Shown: positions 37,344 through 47,683, numbered from the stretch's first letter. The stretch: 53,797 bases of DNA from Candidatus Parvarchaeota archaeon (GCA_023378865.1 JAMCSP010000026.1:1-53797); one strand, 5' to 3'. Made by a program: numbers and translations. Notes: generated by a model not told the origin, from the letters alone.

Positions 37344-38510
37344 TTAATTCAATTCAATTAGCCTATTTATTTTCTCTATTCTTTCTCCTCTATTGATTCC
37401 AACTTTTAAATACTTTGCGTTTAGCCCTGTTGCCAGGTCTGCTATTATAGGTATAGACGTTTCCTCAGATCTGTGCGATACTACCTTATCTATTTTGAAT
37501 TTATCCGCAAGTTCTGAGTATTCTTTTACTTTGTACATAAGTCCTACTTGGTTTGGTTTTATAAGTGTCGAATTTATGTATTCATGTACTTTTTCAAGCC
37601 TTTCCGGAGTAGTCGCAGTCAGGTCATCGCCCACTATGATTGAGCCGCCCAGTAATTTAAGTACTTCTCCATAGTCCTCTGCAAGCGTTTCATCAACAGG
37701 GTCTTCTATATAAAAGATATCAAATTCATCTGCCAGTTTTTTTGTAATGTCTATCTGTTCTCCCCTGTCAACTTCTTTCTTTCCGTATATCGGCCTTTTG
37801 TAGGTGTATTTTCCATTTTTGTAGAATGTAGATGCAGCAAAGTCCAGTCCCAGTCTTATGTCCATGCTGCTTTCCTTTATTGTGCTTTCAATGGCTTCTC
37901 TTACTATTTTTATTGATTCGTAGTTGTCTAGCCCGCTTATGAATCCGCCTTCCGGGTCAACTCCCCCTATAAAACTGTCTGTCCTATCCTCAAGAAGTTC
38001 TTTCACTTTTTTGTATACTTTTAAGGTTGTATTTATGCTTTCAAAATTGCTATCTGCTATTGTTGTCACAAGTATTTCCTGTATATCCATTCCCAAGCCA
38101 GAGGCATGCATCCCCCCGCCGATCATCTTACACACGGGCATAACCTTATTTTTGCCGCCAAAAAGCTCATATGGCTCTTTGTTCATATCTGCACTTAAGC
38201 CGTATATTAATGCATAAGAAAGCGAAAGCGACGGTCCGCCTACAAACTCCGGAGGTATTTCTTTTTCTATTAAAAATATATCATCTATCGAATTTATCCT
38301 CTTTCCAGCCAGCTTTTTCAAGTATTCATTGAAGTTTTTTATCTCATCGTCTATGCCCTTGCTGAACTGGTTAACTTCATATTTACTGTTGCTTTCTCCT
38401 GCAGGAGATGAGCCCCTAAACCTGCCTTTCTCAGTGGTAAGCATTACTTCTATTGTGAAATTTGAATTTGCATTTAATATTTTAAGCGCCTTTATCTCTT
38501 TTATTTCCAT
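37344..38510 (-). CDS. eno: Enolase (divergent)
   Basis: GGGMHA, EGGF, LDFAAS, IEDP, VGDDL, LIKPNQVG and VSHRS motifs. Confidence 0.88.
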   Translation of the reverse strand: MEIKEIKALKILNANSNFTIEVMLTTEKGRFRGSSPAGESNSKYEVNQFSKGIDDEIKNFNEYLKKLAGKRINSIDDIFLIEKEIPPEFVGGPSLSLSYALIYGLSADMNKEPYELFGGKNKVMPVCKMIGGGMHASGLGMDIQEILVTTIADSNFESINTTLKVYKKVKELLEDRTDSFIGGVDPEGGFISGLDNYESIKIVREAIESTIKESSMDIRLGLDFAASTFYKNGKYTYKRPIYGKKEVDRGEQIDITKKLADEFDIFYIEDPVDETLAEDYGEVLKLLGGSIIVGDDLTATTPERLEKVHEYINSTLIKPNQVGLMYKVKEYSELADKFKIDKVVSHRSEETSIPIIADLATGLNAKYLKVGINRGERIEKINRLIELN

Positions 38511-38530
38511 TTTTATTGTATAAGTTCATT

Positions 38531-39040
38531 TTATTTAAACATTTTTTCTACTTCAAGTATCTTATCGGAAAAATCAATGTTTTCCCCCCTTTCTTTTCCT
38601 TCAATTATCAACATAGCCTTTTTTACACTAATTTTTATGTTTCTTGTGTTGTTTATCTGGAAAACCTTCTTTTTCATCTCCAATGCTTCTGCATAAGTTC
38701 CGTTCATTGCCTCGAAAAGAGCGTTATCATAGATTTTTTCTTTTTTATACCCTCTTTTCTTAAGTCTCCTTATGAGTATTATAGGGTCTGTTCTAAGAAC
38801 TATGACAAGATCTATACTTTTTGATCTTATAAAGTGGGATAAATGGGAAACTACAAGCAGGTTGTCCTTTTTGTTCTTTTGAAACGCTTCGTTTACCTCT
38901 TTAAGCGTTACTTCCCTTTCTTTTTTTCCTTTTTTAAGAATTCGATTTAAATCTAATATCTCATAACCGGTTTTTCCTGCAAGTTCTTTTGCCAGTGTAT
39001 GTTTACCTGTTCCGGGCGTGCCCGATATCGCTATTATCAT
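38531..39040 (-). CDS. Adenylate kinase AK6/Fap7 family
   Basis: ISGTPGTGK, SHLSH and RLKKRGYKKEKI motifs. Confidence 0.85.
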   Translation of the reverse strand: MIIAISGTPGTGKHTLAKELAGKTGYEILDLNRILKKGKKEREVTLKEVNEAFQKNKKDNLLVVSHLSHFIRSKSIDLVIVLRTDPIILIRRLKKRGYKKEKIYDNALFEAMNGTYAEALEMKKKVFQINNTRNIKISVKKAMLIIEGKERGENIDFSDKILEVEKMFK

Positions 39041-39091
39041 AGGTTATGAAAATTTTTAATATATTTATACTGATTCCTGTCATAAGATAAA

Positions 39092-40465
39092 ATGGACTCT
39101 GTGGAAAACAGATCAAAGTTATACTCTATTTTAGCAAGCTTAGATACCGATAATTTGCAGTCAATAGACGGGATTCTAAAAGACAGTGTAGATGAATCTG
39201 CTATAAACGCTGTCAAAAACCTTAACAGGGATTTTGTATATAAAAATTACGGGAAAGAGGGCCTGGAAAGATACCTGAGAAGTGTTCTCGATTGCTGGGA
39301 TGATTACAGAAGCAATGAATACGCAAATGGCAAAGAAGTTAAAAAGAAGCACGTTCTATCAAGCATACTTCTGTCTCCCGCTAAATTCGTTGCAAAAGCA
39401 TATGATTATATCCTAAGGAAGACAAACAGCCATTTTGTATCAACGACTGCGATGGGAACGCTTGCCGGTGGTTTCGCTTCGCTTCTAACATTTATTGGTG
39501 AGACGGCCTATTTCTCATCTTCATTGCACATACCCTTTGCAAGCCTTTTTGCTGAGGAATTAATGGTAAACTGGCCCGCTCTGGTGCAGGTACCTATAAT
39601 AACAGGTTTGATATCTGCTTTGTCTGTAGGGTTTATAGTTGGCGGAACGTCAGCAGTATTCGGCCATAAAAGATTAACCATAGAAGAAATAGAAGAAGAT
39701 ATCAAAAAGTATAGCAGAGAATTCAATGATACATTTGATAAGTACAATAAAGCACTATTTAAATCGAAAGTAGAACCTTCATTGGAAAACATAAATGGGA
39801 TTTACATGCTTTCCTCTGCAATGGCATATAAAAATGCAAGTGCTTCGGAGGAAAGCTTGATAGAATTTGAAAAATCAACGCTGCCTTATATTTCAAATGT
39901 CCTTAAAAAACACGTAAATTACAGGCTGATTTTTCACCATTCTCCAAAGGGAGTCGGCGGATTTACTTTGATATACAATTCCCTGCTTGGCAAGTTCGCA
40001 AAGAAGAACTCTTACAGCCCTGTTTTTGTGAATACCGAGAGATTAAATGCGGTTCCGGAGTACATTTTCGCGCTTTTCCATGAGTTAGCTCACGGAGCAG
40101 GTGCAACTACAGAGCAGATGGCGAGTTATTACGCTGAAAAGGCCATGGATTCATTGAAAGACGATTTTTCATTGGAGGGATATGACCTTTTTCTTTCAGT
40201 TAACAGGTTAGAATCTGCGATTTCAACGCTTGCTAAGAAATTTAGATCTGATAGTGATTTCTTCTCTGAAATTGAGAAGTTAAACCTTCCGCGTTTTGTA
40301 AAGGAATCATTTAATTACAGTTTCAATCCGATATTCTCTGCAGTCTTCCCTGTAAACGAAGCATTATACGGGGGCTTAATAGAATCAAAGTTCTCTGGTC
40401 TTTATGCATCCGGGCCGTACATTGCCAAAAAGATGGTCGAAAAAGGCGTAATTAAAACCTTTTAA
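39092..40465 (+). CDS. Membrane-anchored protein with HExxH motif
   Basis: Central hydrophobic hairpin, then FHELAHGAG..TEQMASYYA. Confidence 0.6.
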   Translation: MDSVENRSKLYSILASLDTDNLQSIDGILKDSVDESAINAVKNLNRDFVYKNYGKEGLERYLRSVLDCWDDYRSNEYANGKEVKKKHVLSSILLSPAKFVAKAYDYILRKTNSHFVSTTAMGTLAGGFASLLTFIGETAYFSSSLHIPFASLFAEELMVNWPALVQVPIITGLISALSVGFIVGGTSAVFGHKRLTIEEIEEDIKKYSREFNDTFDKYNKALFKSKVEPSLENINGIYMLSSAMAYKNASASEESLIEFEKSTLPYISNVLKKHVNYRLIFHHSPKGVGGFTLIYNSLLGKFAKKNSYSPVFVNTERLNAVPEYIFALFHELAHGAGATTEQMASYYAEKAMDSLKDDFSLEGYDLFLSVNRLESAISTLAKKFRSDSDFFSEIEKLNLPRFVKESFNYSFNPIFSAVFPVNEALYGGLIESKFSGLYASGPYIAKKMVEKGVIKTF

Positions 40466-40493
40466 TTTATACAAGATTTATTTTTATCGTAAG

Positions 40494-42020
40494 ATGGAAG
40501 AGGAAAAAATTATAAGGATGCTTAATAAGACTGATAAGATTTTGCTTTCTGCTATTGAAAAGGAGGACATGTTTTCAAGCGAGATAGAGTTAAAATACGC
40601 ATTGGAGAGAGCTGCAGTAATAAACTCAGCAAGGAAGCTTTTTTCGCTGGGCCTGGTTAAAATCGATAACATAACAGCAAATAAACTAAGACTTACTCCT
40701 CTTGGGCAGAAATATCTGAAAGAAGGACTGCCTGAATACAGAGTATTTGATTTTTTAAAAAGGAATGAGACAGTGGAATACAAGCAACTTTTTTACAGTA
40801 TTCCTATGGAGAAAAATGAGTTAAACGCATCAATAGGGGTATTGAAAAAAATGTTAGCAATAAATGTCGAAGGGGGAAAAATAACCGTAAATACCGATAA
40901 ATTAGAAAAAGTGGAAGAGCAAAATGAAGTTTTACAGGCGGTAGAAAAGGAACAGAATGTAAATTACGATGGCATAGCAGATCTTATAAGGCGCGGAATA
41001 ATCGAACAAGCAAGCGAAATAAGGGAAAAATTCTCCATAACCCAGCTTGGAATAAAAATACTAAAAAACAGTGAATTTACAGTAGAGTATGTAGACAAAC
41101 TTTCTCCTGGCAACATTAAAAACTGGAATGGATTGAAATTCAGGGAATACAGCGAAAAACCCGAGATATTTGATTCTTTATCAGGTAATTTAAATGTTAA
41201 GACAAAATTCATCTCATTGATAAAAGATGCCATGATCTCTATGGGCTTCTCCGAAATGCACAGTAATTACGTCGAATCTACTTTTTGGAACTTCGATGTT
41301 ATGATGTTCAGACAGGACCATCCGGACAGAGACATACAGGATACTGTTTACTTAAACGGAGGAAAGGCAACTATCCCGGCAAAGCTTATCAAAGAAGTAA
41401 AAAACGTTTATGAGCACGGGTTTTTTTCTTCCAGGTATAATGAATCCATAGGGTATAGAAGAACGTTTGATAAATTCAAAAGTGATTCTCTTATAATGCG
41501 CGGCCACACTACTGCAACAACCTTTAGATATATTTATGAATTTATCTCAAAAAACAAGGATAAACCGGCAAAGTTTTTTTCAGTCGATAAGGGCTTCAGG
41601 AATGAAACTATGGATAATACTCATTTACTTGAGCTTTATCAGATAGAGGGAGTAGTATACGATGACAATCTTACAGTTTCTGACCTTATAGGTTACATAA
41701 AACAATTTTATAAAAAAATAGGAATAGAAAATATAAGACTCAAGCCAACTTATAATCCTTACACAGAACCCAGCTTGGAGATACAGGCTTTCAGCCCCAA
41801 GCTTAAAAGGTGGCTTGAAGTGGGAAATTCCGGTGTGTTTCGGCCTGAAACTCTTAAGCCGTTCGGCATAAATAAAAATATAGTTGCATGGGGTTTCGGA
41901 ATGGAAAGAATGCTGAATCTTAAGCTTGGTATGGCAGATATCCGGGATCTTTATGGGGCATATACCGACTTGGATCTTTTAAGGCAGATCGAATCTGCCA
42001 GGGTGTTTGGTGAATTTTGA
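40494..42020 (+). CDS. pheS: Phenylalanyl-tRNA synthetase alpha subunit
   Basis: FWNFD..QDHPDRDIQDT, FRNE, PYTEPS and AWGFGMER motifs. Confidence 0.96.
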   Translation: MEEEKIIRMLNKTDKILLSAIEKEDMFSSEIELKYALERAAVINSARKLFSLGLVKIDNITANKLRLTPLGQKYLKEGLPEYRVFDFLKRNETVEYKQLFYSIPMEKNELNASIGVLKKMLAINVEGGKITVNTDKLEKVEEQNEVLQAVEKEQNVNYDGIADLIRRGIIEQASEIREKFSITQLGIKILKNSEFTVEYVDKLSPGNIKNWNGLKFREYSEKPEIFDSLSGNLNVKTKFISLIKDAMISMGFSEMHSNYVESTFWNFDVMMFRQDHPDRDIQDTVYLNGGKATIPAKLIKEVKNVYEHGFFSSRYNESIGYRRTFDKFKSDSLIMRGHTTATTFRYIYEFISKNKDKPAKFFSVDKGFRNETMDNTHLLELYQIEGVVYDDNLTVSDLIGYIKQFYKKIGIENIRLKPTYNPYTEPSLEIQAFSPKLKRWLEVGNSGVFRPETLKPFGINKNIVAWGFGMERMLNLKLGMADIRDLYGAYTDLDLLRQIESARVFGEF

Positions 42021-43664
42021 ATGGTAATGCTCAATTATGGAATTGATGAGATAAATAAAGCAATTGGAAAGAAGCTTAAGCTTGCAGACTACGAAAGGAT
42101 AGCCCTAAAGTTCGGATTGGATTTAGATGAAGGGGAAAACGTGCTTAATTTTGAGCTTACTTCTGACAGGACGGACATAGTTTCAAAATATTCGCTTGCA
42201 CACGTATTTGCCAGCCAGCTTGGCATAAAGATGAAAAGAAATCTCTCAATCAGCAGGGGAAAGGAAGGAGTTTTAGTTGATAATACCGAGAGGAAATTTG
42301 TCAACGTTCTTCATGTTGTTCTTGATAACAAAGTAGGAGAGGACTTAAATGAGATTATCTCTATCCAGGAAAGATTGGATAGAAACGTTGGCAGGAACCG
42401 GAAAAAATCTGCCATAGGATTTTTTGACTATGAAAAAATATCATTTCCGATAAAATACTGTGAAATTCAAAAAGAGGATGTAAGCTTTATACCTCTTGGA
42501 AGTTCTTCTCCGAAAAACTACAATCAGATAATGAAAGAAGTAAAGCAGTCAGTGGAATACAAAGATTTAATTCCTAAGAAGCCGATAGTGTGGATCGATA
42601 GTAAAAATAACATAATCGCTATGCCCCCAATAATAAACGCAGATAACTATTCTATAAACGAAAACACAAAAGAATTGTTTATAGATGTAACAGGGACTGA
42701 CAAGGAAACTGTAAATGCAGTGACTAAGATACTTATATACAACTTTCAGTTCCTAGGTAAAGTTTCAATTATTCCGGCAAAATACAAGAGCAATGCGGCA
42801 TCTACTGGTTTTTCATTGGAAACGCACGGGTTTTATTTAAACGAAGATTCGATAGAATCTGTACTTGGGAAAAGAATAACAAAGGAGCAGGCAGTTAAAA
42901 TACTGTCAGCGATGGATTATAGCATTAAATCCCTAGGCAAAGACATTATTGTCAAGCCCCCTTTTTACAGACAGGATGTTATGCACCAGGTTGACATAAT
43001 AGATGATATAATGCGGTCTTTTGGAGTCGATAATATAAATGAAAAAGTTCCGCATTCATATACAGAAGGCAGTTTTCTTTCCAATCATTACCTTATACAG
43101 AACATAAAGCAGGCATTAGTTGGTTTCGGCTATCAAGAAATAGACATAAACGCACTTACGAATGAAAAATATCAGTTTGCTGACACTTTCATTGAGGGAG
43201 AAGATTACGTAAGTCTGCTACAGCTTAAGAGCGGTGATGTTACTATGGTCAGCAGGTATATATTTCCCGAGTTATTGAGGCTTATTTCAAACAATCTGCA
43301 TAAGAAATTTCCTCAAAAGATATTCTCAGTGTCAGAAATAGTACAAGAAGGAAATTCTGATGTTACCTTCAAAAATAGGCTAAAACTTTCATTTGTATCG
43401 TGTGAGAAGGATGCAAACGTAACAGATACTTTGTCAATAATTAAAAAAGTGCTTTCAGATGCATTTGCAGTTAAATCAATATCCACAAATTACGTCGATA
43501 AGAAATACATTAAAACTTTCATAACAGGAAGAGCTTACAACATAATTGCTGACGGAAAGGAAGTAGGGTTCGCAGGCGAACTCCACCCTAGGGTTTTGAA
43601 TTCTTTCGGAATAGAACTACCGGTTTCATTGGCCGAGATATACATTGACGGGTTTGAAAAATGA
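42021..43664 (+). CDS. pheT: Phenylalanyl-tRNA synthetase beta subunit
   Basis: DRTD, GRNRKK, MPPIIN, PPFYRQDVMHQVDIIDD and GELHP motifs. Confidence 0.93.
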   Translation: MVMLNYGIDEINKAIGKKLKLADYERIALKFGLDLDEGENVLNFELTSDRTDIVSKYSLAHVFASQLGIKMKRNLSISRGKEGVLVDNTERKFVNVLHVVLDNKVGEDLNEIISIQERLDRNVGRNRKKSAIGFFDYEKISFPIKYCEIQKEDVSFIPLGSSSPKNYNQIMKEVKQSVEYKDLIPKKPIVWIDSKNNIIAMPPIINADNYSINENTKELFIDVTGTDKETVNAVTKILIYNFQFLGKVSIIPAKYKSNAASTGFSLETHGFYLNEDSIESVLGKRITKEQAVKILSAMDYSIKSLGKDIIVKPPFYRQDVMHQVDIIDDIMRSFGVDNINEKVPHSYTEGSFLSNHYLIQNIKQALVGFGYQEIDINALTNEKYQFADTFIEGEDYVSLLQLKSGDVTMVSRYIFPELLRLISNNLHKKFPQKIFSVSEIVQEGNSDVTFKNRLKLSFVSCEKDANVTDTLSIIKKVLSDAFAVKSISTNYVDKKYIKTFITGRAYNIIADGKEVGFAGELHPRVLNSFGIELPVSLAEIYIDGFEK

Positions 43665-44101
43665 ATTGTGAAATATGTGGTGCGTTTGAAGAGAACCTTT
43701 TCAGGACCGAAGTCGAGGGGGCAGTAATGAACCTCTGCAAAAACTGTTCAAAATACGGAAAAGTTATAGGGGATTCTGTTCAGGCAAGCAGCCAAGTACA
43801 GAGAAAGGCTGAAAGTGAAAGCCAGCTTAGATATGATTATTTAAATGAGATAAAGCATGCGCTGAATGAAAACGGGCTTTCAATCGAAGAAGTATCGGAA
43901 AGCATAAGATGTTCTCCAAAAGACCTAAAAAAGGTAGTAAACGGAGAAATGCTGCCGGATAAAAATATAACCGAAAAGCTTGAAAAATTATTAAAGATAT
44001 CTCTATATGAAATTGATTTTGTTTCCGACTCAGCTTTCAAAAAAGACACAGATGAATTGTCATTTGGGGATGTTGTTGACATCAAGAGAAGTAAAAAATA
44101 A
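43661..44101 (+). CDS. Archaeal multiprotein bridging factor aMBF1
   Basis: CEICG..VEGAVMNLCKNCSKYG Zn ribbon, HTH and terminal LSFGDV. Confidence 0.88.
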   Translation: MNCEICGAFEENLFRTEVEGAVMNLCKNCSKYGKVIGDSVQASSQVQRKAESESQLRYDYLNEIKHALNENGLSIEEVSESIRCSPKDLKKVVNGEMLPDKNITEKLEKLLKISLYEIDFVSDSAFKKDTDELSFGDVVDIKRSKK

Positions 44102-44106
44102 ATGTA

Positions 44107-44189
44107 GCAGAGGTAACGAAGCGGTCAAACGTGTAAGGCTTAGGACCTTATGGCTTAGGCCTTCGAGGGTTCAAATCCCTCCCTCTGCA
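44107..44189 (+). tRNA. tRNA-Leu(TAG)
   Basis: Acceptor GCAGAGG/CCTCTGC, TAAGG CT TAG GA CCTTA, and long variable arm. Confidence 0.95.
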
Positions 44190-44279
44190 TTTCTTTTATG
44201 CAAAAAGCCCAATGATAAACTTAAATACTAAAATTTGCTTATCTTCTTTAGTATTAAGATTAAGTTGTGAGGTGTGAAC

Positions 44280-44684
44280 ATGGTAAATCTTCCGTTTGAT
44301 AATTTCTTGAATATATTCAAGAAGAATGTAAATGTGGATTCCTCCAATCAGGGAAATGACTACGTTGAATTAGAGGTTGAGCAAGGGGACAAGCCTATGG
44401 CTAAAATATACGTGAAATACTACAATCTCAATAAGTTTGAGGACGCGAGTGCCATATTAAATGACATTCGTTCCGGGTATACATTATCCTTCATAAAGAT
44501 CAAAGAGATAAGGGAAAAAGGAGGAGTAGATGAGCTAAAAAGAACGATTTCTAAATTAAAGAAAAGCGCAGATGCTGCAGAAGCACAGATAATCGGCGTA
44601 GATGAAGATTATCTTTTAGTAGTGCCTGATTTTGTAAAGGTTGAAAAAGGAGAAGTATTGAGCAGTCAAGACAGCAAGGTTTAA
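44280..44684 (+). CDS. sepF: Cell division protein SepF
   Basis: DYVEL, ILNDIRSG, ELKRTISKLK and YLLVVP..VKV pattern. Confidence 0.8.
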   Translation: MVNLPFDNFLNIFKKNVNVDSSNQGNDYVELEVEQGDKPMAKIYVKYYNLNKFEDASAILNDIRSGYTLSFIKIKEIREKGGVDELKRTISKLKKSADAAEAQIIGVDEDYLLVVPDFVKVEKGEVLSSQDSKV

Positions 44685-44685
44685 C

Positions 44686-45012
44686 CTACTCGGAATTTTC
44701 TGCTTCTTTCGAATAATAAGCAGAGTTTATAGCTCCCATATCTGAGTCTTTTGTTATACTCAGCATAGTAAGCGACTTAACTGGATTAGCATCTTCCTTT
44801 TCTCCGTCGATTTTTACGGTATTAAATGAAAATGAAAGATCTTCAAAAAATTCTGCGGCACTTTTATCGATTCCTACTACGCTTGGCTTTGCAGTATTAA
44901 GTATATCTTTAACCTCGCTTAAGTTCTTTACCCTGTGTACCTGCACAGAATTATTTATTATTACTGCTACTATAATTCTGCCCTGATTTACCGCTATTCC
45001 CGCTCGTGTCAT
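44686..45012 (-). CDS. Hypothetical protein, possible degenerate RNase H-like fold
   Basis: AGIAV...PSVVGID pattern. Confidence 0.45.
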   Translation of the reverse strand: MTRAGIAVNQGRIIVAVIINNSVQVHRVKNLSEVKDILNTAKPSVVGIDKSAAEFFEDLSFSFNTVKIDGEKEDANPVKSLTMLSITKDSDMGAINSAYYSKEAENSE

Positions 45013-45568
45013 ATATTTTTATAAGGATAAGCTCCTCGAAGAAAAAATTAACCGAAGATAACTTCTCAAAGCTAAGTCTTAAACGCTTTATCTCCTTATA
45101 TACTTTATCCGTATCATAAACGGTTGACAGGATGATAAATGCATTTCCCCTGTCTTTAAGGTGTGCTTTTAGTGAATGTATTAAGTCCATAGTGAGTTCA
45201 CTGCCTTCCTTTCCGCCGCTTAAAGCATGGTTTACCCACTTGCTTTCCTTTTTTTCTGGCAGATAGGGCGGATTTGCGTATATAACATCAAATTTTCTAT
45301 TTCCAAGAGAAGAGAATAAGTCTGACAGTATGCATTCAACGTTTTTAATCCCATTCCTCTTTGCATTGTATTTTATTGCCTTTATCGCATAAGGGTTTAT
45401 GTCTGCAAATGTAATCTTCTCGGCTCTATCCGCAGCATTTAATCCTATTATGCCGCTGCCTGCAAACATGTCAAGTACTTCACCATGTGCGTATTTTACT
45501 GCGGTCAAAAGAAGAAAGCTGTCTTCGGCAGGAGGGTAAACCCCTTTGAATTCCTTTATGTACACCAT
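44951..45568 (-). CDS. HemK/PrmC-like N5-glutamine methyltransferase
   Basis: VYPPAEDSFLL, LDMFAGSG and NPPYLP motifs. Confidence 0.9.
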   Translation of the reverse strand: MVYIKEFKGVYPPAEDSFLLLTAVKYAHGEVLDMFAGSGIIGLNAADRAEKITFADINPYAIKAIKYNAKRNGIKNVECILSDLFSSLGNRKFDVIYANPPYLPEKKESKWVNHALSGGKEGSELTMDLIHSLKAHLKDRGNAFIILSTVYDTDKVYKEIKRLRLSFEKLSSVNFFFEELILIKIYDTSGNSGKSGQNYSSSNNK

Positions 45569-45603
45569 ATCGAAACACTTATTAACAATCAATACTAGAT
45601 TAA

Positions 45604-46071
45604 ATGATAAATATGAAAGGATTCAGGAACTATTTATTGCTTGCTTTATTGATAGTGCTTTTGATCGGGTTTATTGCAGCTGGAAAAACTTCTCCTGCTT
45701 ACAAAGCACCGGTAGTTCATACCATAAACTGCAATTCCGTTAATCTCGGATTTAGCTATACTGCAAGTGCTAATGTAAAAGCACCTGAAAACACTAACAC
45801 ATTTTTTACCATAGGAGTAAATAACACTGGCAATGTAACTGAAGATATTGCTTTGACTGTAAAACCGTCTGAAAGCGTGCCATTTTCTGTCCAAGTTGCT
45901 AATTCTACAGAGCTTAATGTTAGTACAAGAGGATACACAAGTTTTGGAGTTTACTCTCCCTCAAAAATAGGAAATTATTCAGTTGTCGCAAACCTGTCGG
46001 CGAGTTATCTTAACTGCGTAAATTATAAGATAATACCTATAAACGTAACAGTGGTAAACTCTACCAGTTAA
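45604..46071 (+). CDS. Secreted/membrane-anchored Ig-like glycoprotein
   Basis: N-terminal hydrophobic helix, VNNTGN beta-sandwich pattern and many NxS/T sequons. Confidence 0.6.
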   Translation: MINMKGFRNYLLLALLIVLLIGFIAAGKTSPAYKAPVVHTINCNSVNLGFSYTASANVKAPENTNTFFTIGVNNTGNVTEDIALTVKPSESVPFSVQVANSTELNVSTRGYTSFGVYSPSKIGNYSVVANLSASYLNCVNYKIIPINVTVVNSTS

Positions 46072-46406
46072 TGGAAAATCAGGTAATAAAGGATACTGAG
46101 ATTAAGGAGATAAAAGAAGACAATGCAAGAATCAGGTTCGTCGGAAAAGTGATTTCATTTGATGATAAAACCGGCGTGTTTGAGGTAGAAGATGGTGATC
46201 AAAGAATCACATGCCTTCCAAATTATCAGGAAAATGTGAAGTTAGAATCTGCAGAGTTAGTTCTTGTTACTGGAAGAAGCATTGCCGCGGATTCATCTTT
46301 TGAGGTAAGGGCAGACAAGACGGAAAAGATAAATATAAATGATTACAATAATTACAAAAAGTATTTAATAATAAGAAATGATCTATTAAGTAGCAATGGA
46401 AGCTGA
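46071..46406 (+). CDS. OB-fold protein (RPA small-subunit-like)
   Basis: RIRFVGKV...EVEDG...LVLVTGR pattern; overlaps the PCNA gene. Confidence 0.6.
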   Translation: MENQVIKDTEIKEIKEDNARIRFVGKVISFDDKTGVFEVEDGDQRITCLPNYQENVKLESAELVLVTGRSIAADSSFEVRADKTEKININDYNNYKKYLIIRNDLLSSNGS

Positions 46407-47136
46407 ATTCAAGGATGCAGAAGTTTTTAAGAAGATGATGGACACAATAGGCAGTTTAATGTCTGATGTTTCTATAGACTTTAATGAAGAAGGATTTGCA
46501 ATAAAAGCAATGGATCCTGCTAACATAGCAATGGTCCTTTTTGAGGCTAAAAAATCCATATTTTCGAATTTCAACATAGAAAAGCCTGTAAAAATATCCG
46601 TTTCATTGGATGATCTAAATGGCATACTTAGACTGGCCAAGAAAGAGGATAAGATAAAGATGTCAGATTCGAAGAACAGGCTGATAATAGATATAAATGG
46701 CAGGAACAAGCAGCACTTTGGTATACCTTTAATAGATGAGAATTATACTGCACAGAAGATACCTCAGCTTAAGTTTACTGCAGAGGTTACTGTTTTAAGT
46801 TCTCTTATAAAGGATTCTGTAAAAGCGGCTTCCTTAGTTGACGATTCAATATACTTTACGGTTGACCGGCCCAGATTCATAATAAGTTCAAAAAGCGAAG
46901 AAAAGGAGTTTTCACAGGAGTTATCAATAAACGATAACAAGGAGATATTTGATTTAAAGTCCGAATCAACGACAAGGTCAAAGTACTCAATAGACTATCT
47001 TTCAAAGTTTATGTACGCCGTTGATCCAGAGAAGCCTATAAAACTTTCATTTTCAAACAATTATCCTCTTAAGATGGATTATGAAATAAATTCAGATGCA
47101 GTGATGTCGTTTATTCTTGCAAACAGGCTTGAGTAA
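46396..47136 (+). CDS. pcn: DNA polymerase sliding clamp PCNA
   Basis: AMDPANIAMV, SKYSIDYL, YPLKM and FILANR motifs. Confidence 0.95.
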   Translation: MEAEFKDAEVFKKMMDTIGSLMSDVSIDFNEEGFAIKAMDPANIAMVLFEAKKSIFSNFNIEKPVKISVSLDDLNGILRLAKKEDKIKMSDSKNRLIIDINGRNKQHFGIPLIDENYTAQKIPQLKFTAEVTVLSSLIKDSVKAASLVDDSIYFTVDRPRFIISSKSEEKEFSQELSINDNKEIFDLKSESTTRSKYSIDYLSKFMYAVDPEKPIKLSFSNNYPLKMDYEINSDAVMSFILANRLE

Positions 47137-47574
47137 TTAGAAAACGTAAAGTTCATCTTCGTATAAGTCTATGTCTTTAAGAAGAGCGGGTAGTGAATGG
47201 AAGTCTACTGCCAGCACCTTTTCTCCACCTTCTTTATGCATTAGCAATGAATTTGTTTTGTTTTTTGTAACCAGCAGTATTATGTTCTTTTTTTTCTTTT
47301 CCCCTTCCTTCTCAATAAAATTGTTGGCCCTTATCAGTTGGCTTTTCACAAATTCCCTTTCTTTCTCAGGCGGTATATATGAATGGTTTTTGCAGTCCAC
47401 AAAAAATCTTCTGTTTTTATCCTGTGCTATAAAATCAATCTGAAAACGCCTGTAAGTCTTAAATCTTATGTCCCGGTCTACTGCATAATCAAATTTTTCA
47501 AATATGTCAGCAGTATCATTTTCGAACTTTTTCCATTGATTACTGTCTTTCTTAAATTCCGTTCCGAAATACAT
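47137..47574 (-). CDS. PD-(D/E)xK restriction-endonuclease-like (Mrr-like) protein
   Basis: WKKFE, QIDFIA and VDCK motifs. Confidence 0.75.
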   Translation of the reverse strand: MYFGTEFKKDSNQWKKFENDTADIFEKFDYAVDRDIRFKTYRRFQIDFIAQDKNRRFFVDCKNHSYIPPEKEREFVKSQLIRANNFIEKEGEKKKKNIILLVTKNKTNSLLMHKEGGEKVLAVDFHSLPALLKDIDLYEDELYVF

Positions 47575-47612
47575 AAGATATATAAAAGAGGCATATTAAT
47601 AAATTGTATCAA

Positions 47613-47683
47613 GCATCGGTAGTCCAGTGGTAAGACACTACCCTGCCACGGTGGAGACCCGGGTTCGAATCCCGGCCGATGCA
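47613..47683 (+). tRNA. tRNA-Gly(GCC)
   Basis: Acceptor GCATCGG/CCGATGC, CTACC CT GCC AC GGTGG, and GGTTCGAATCC. Confidence 0.96.
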
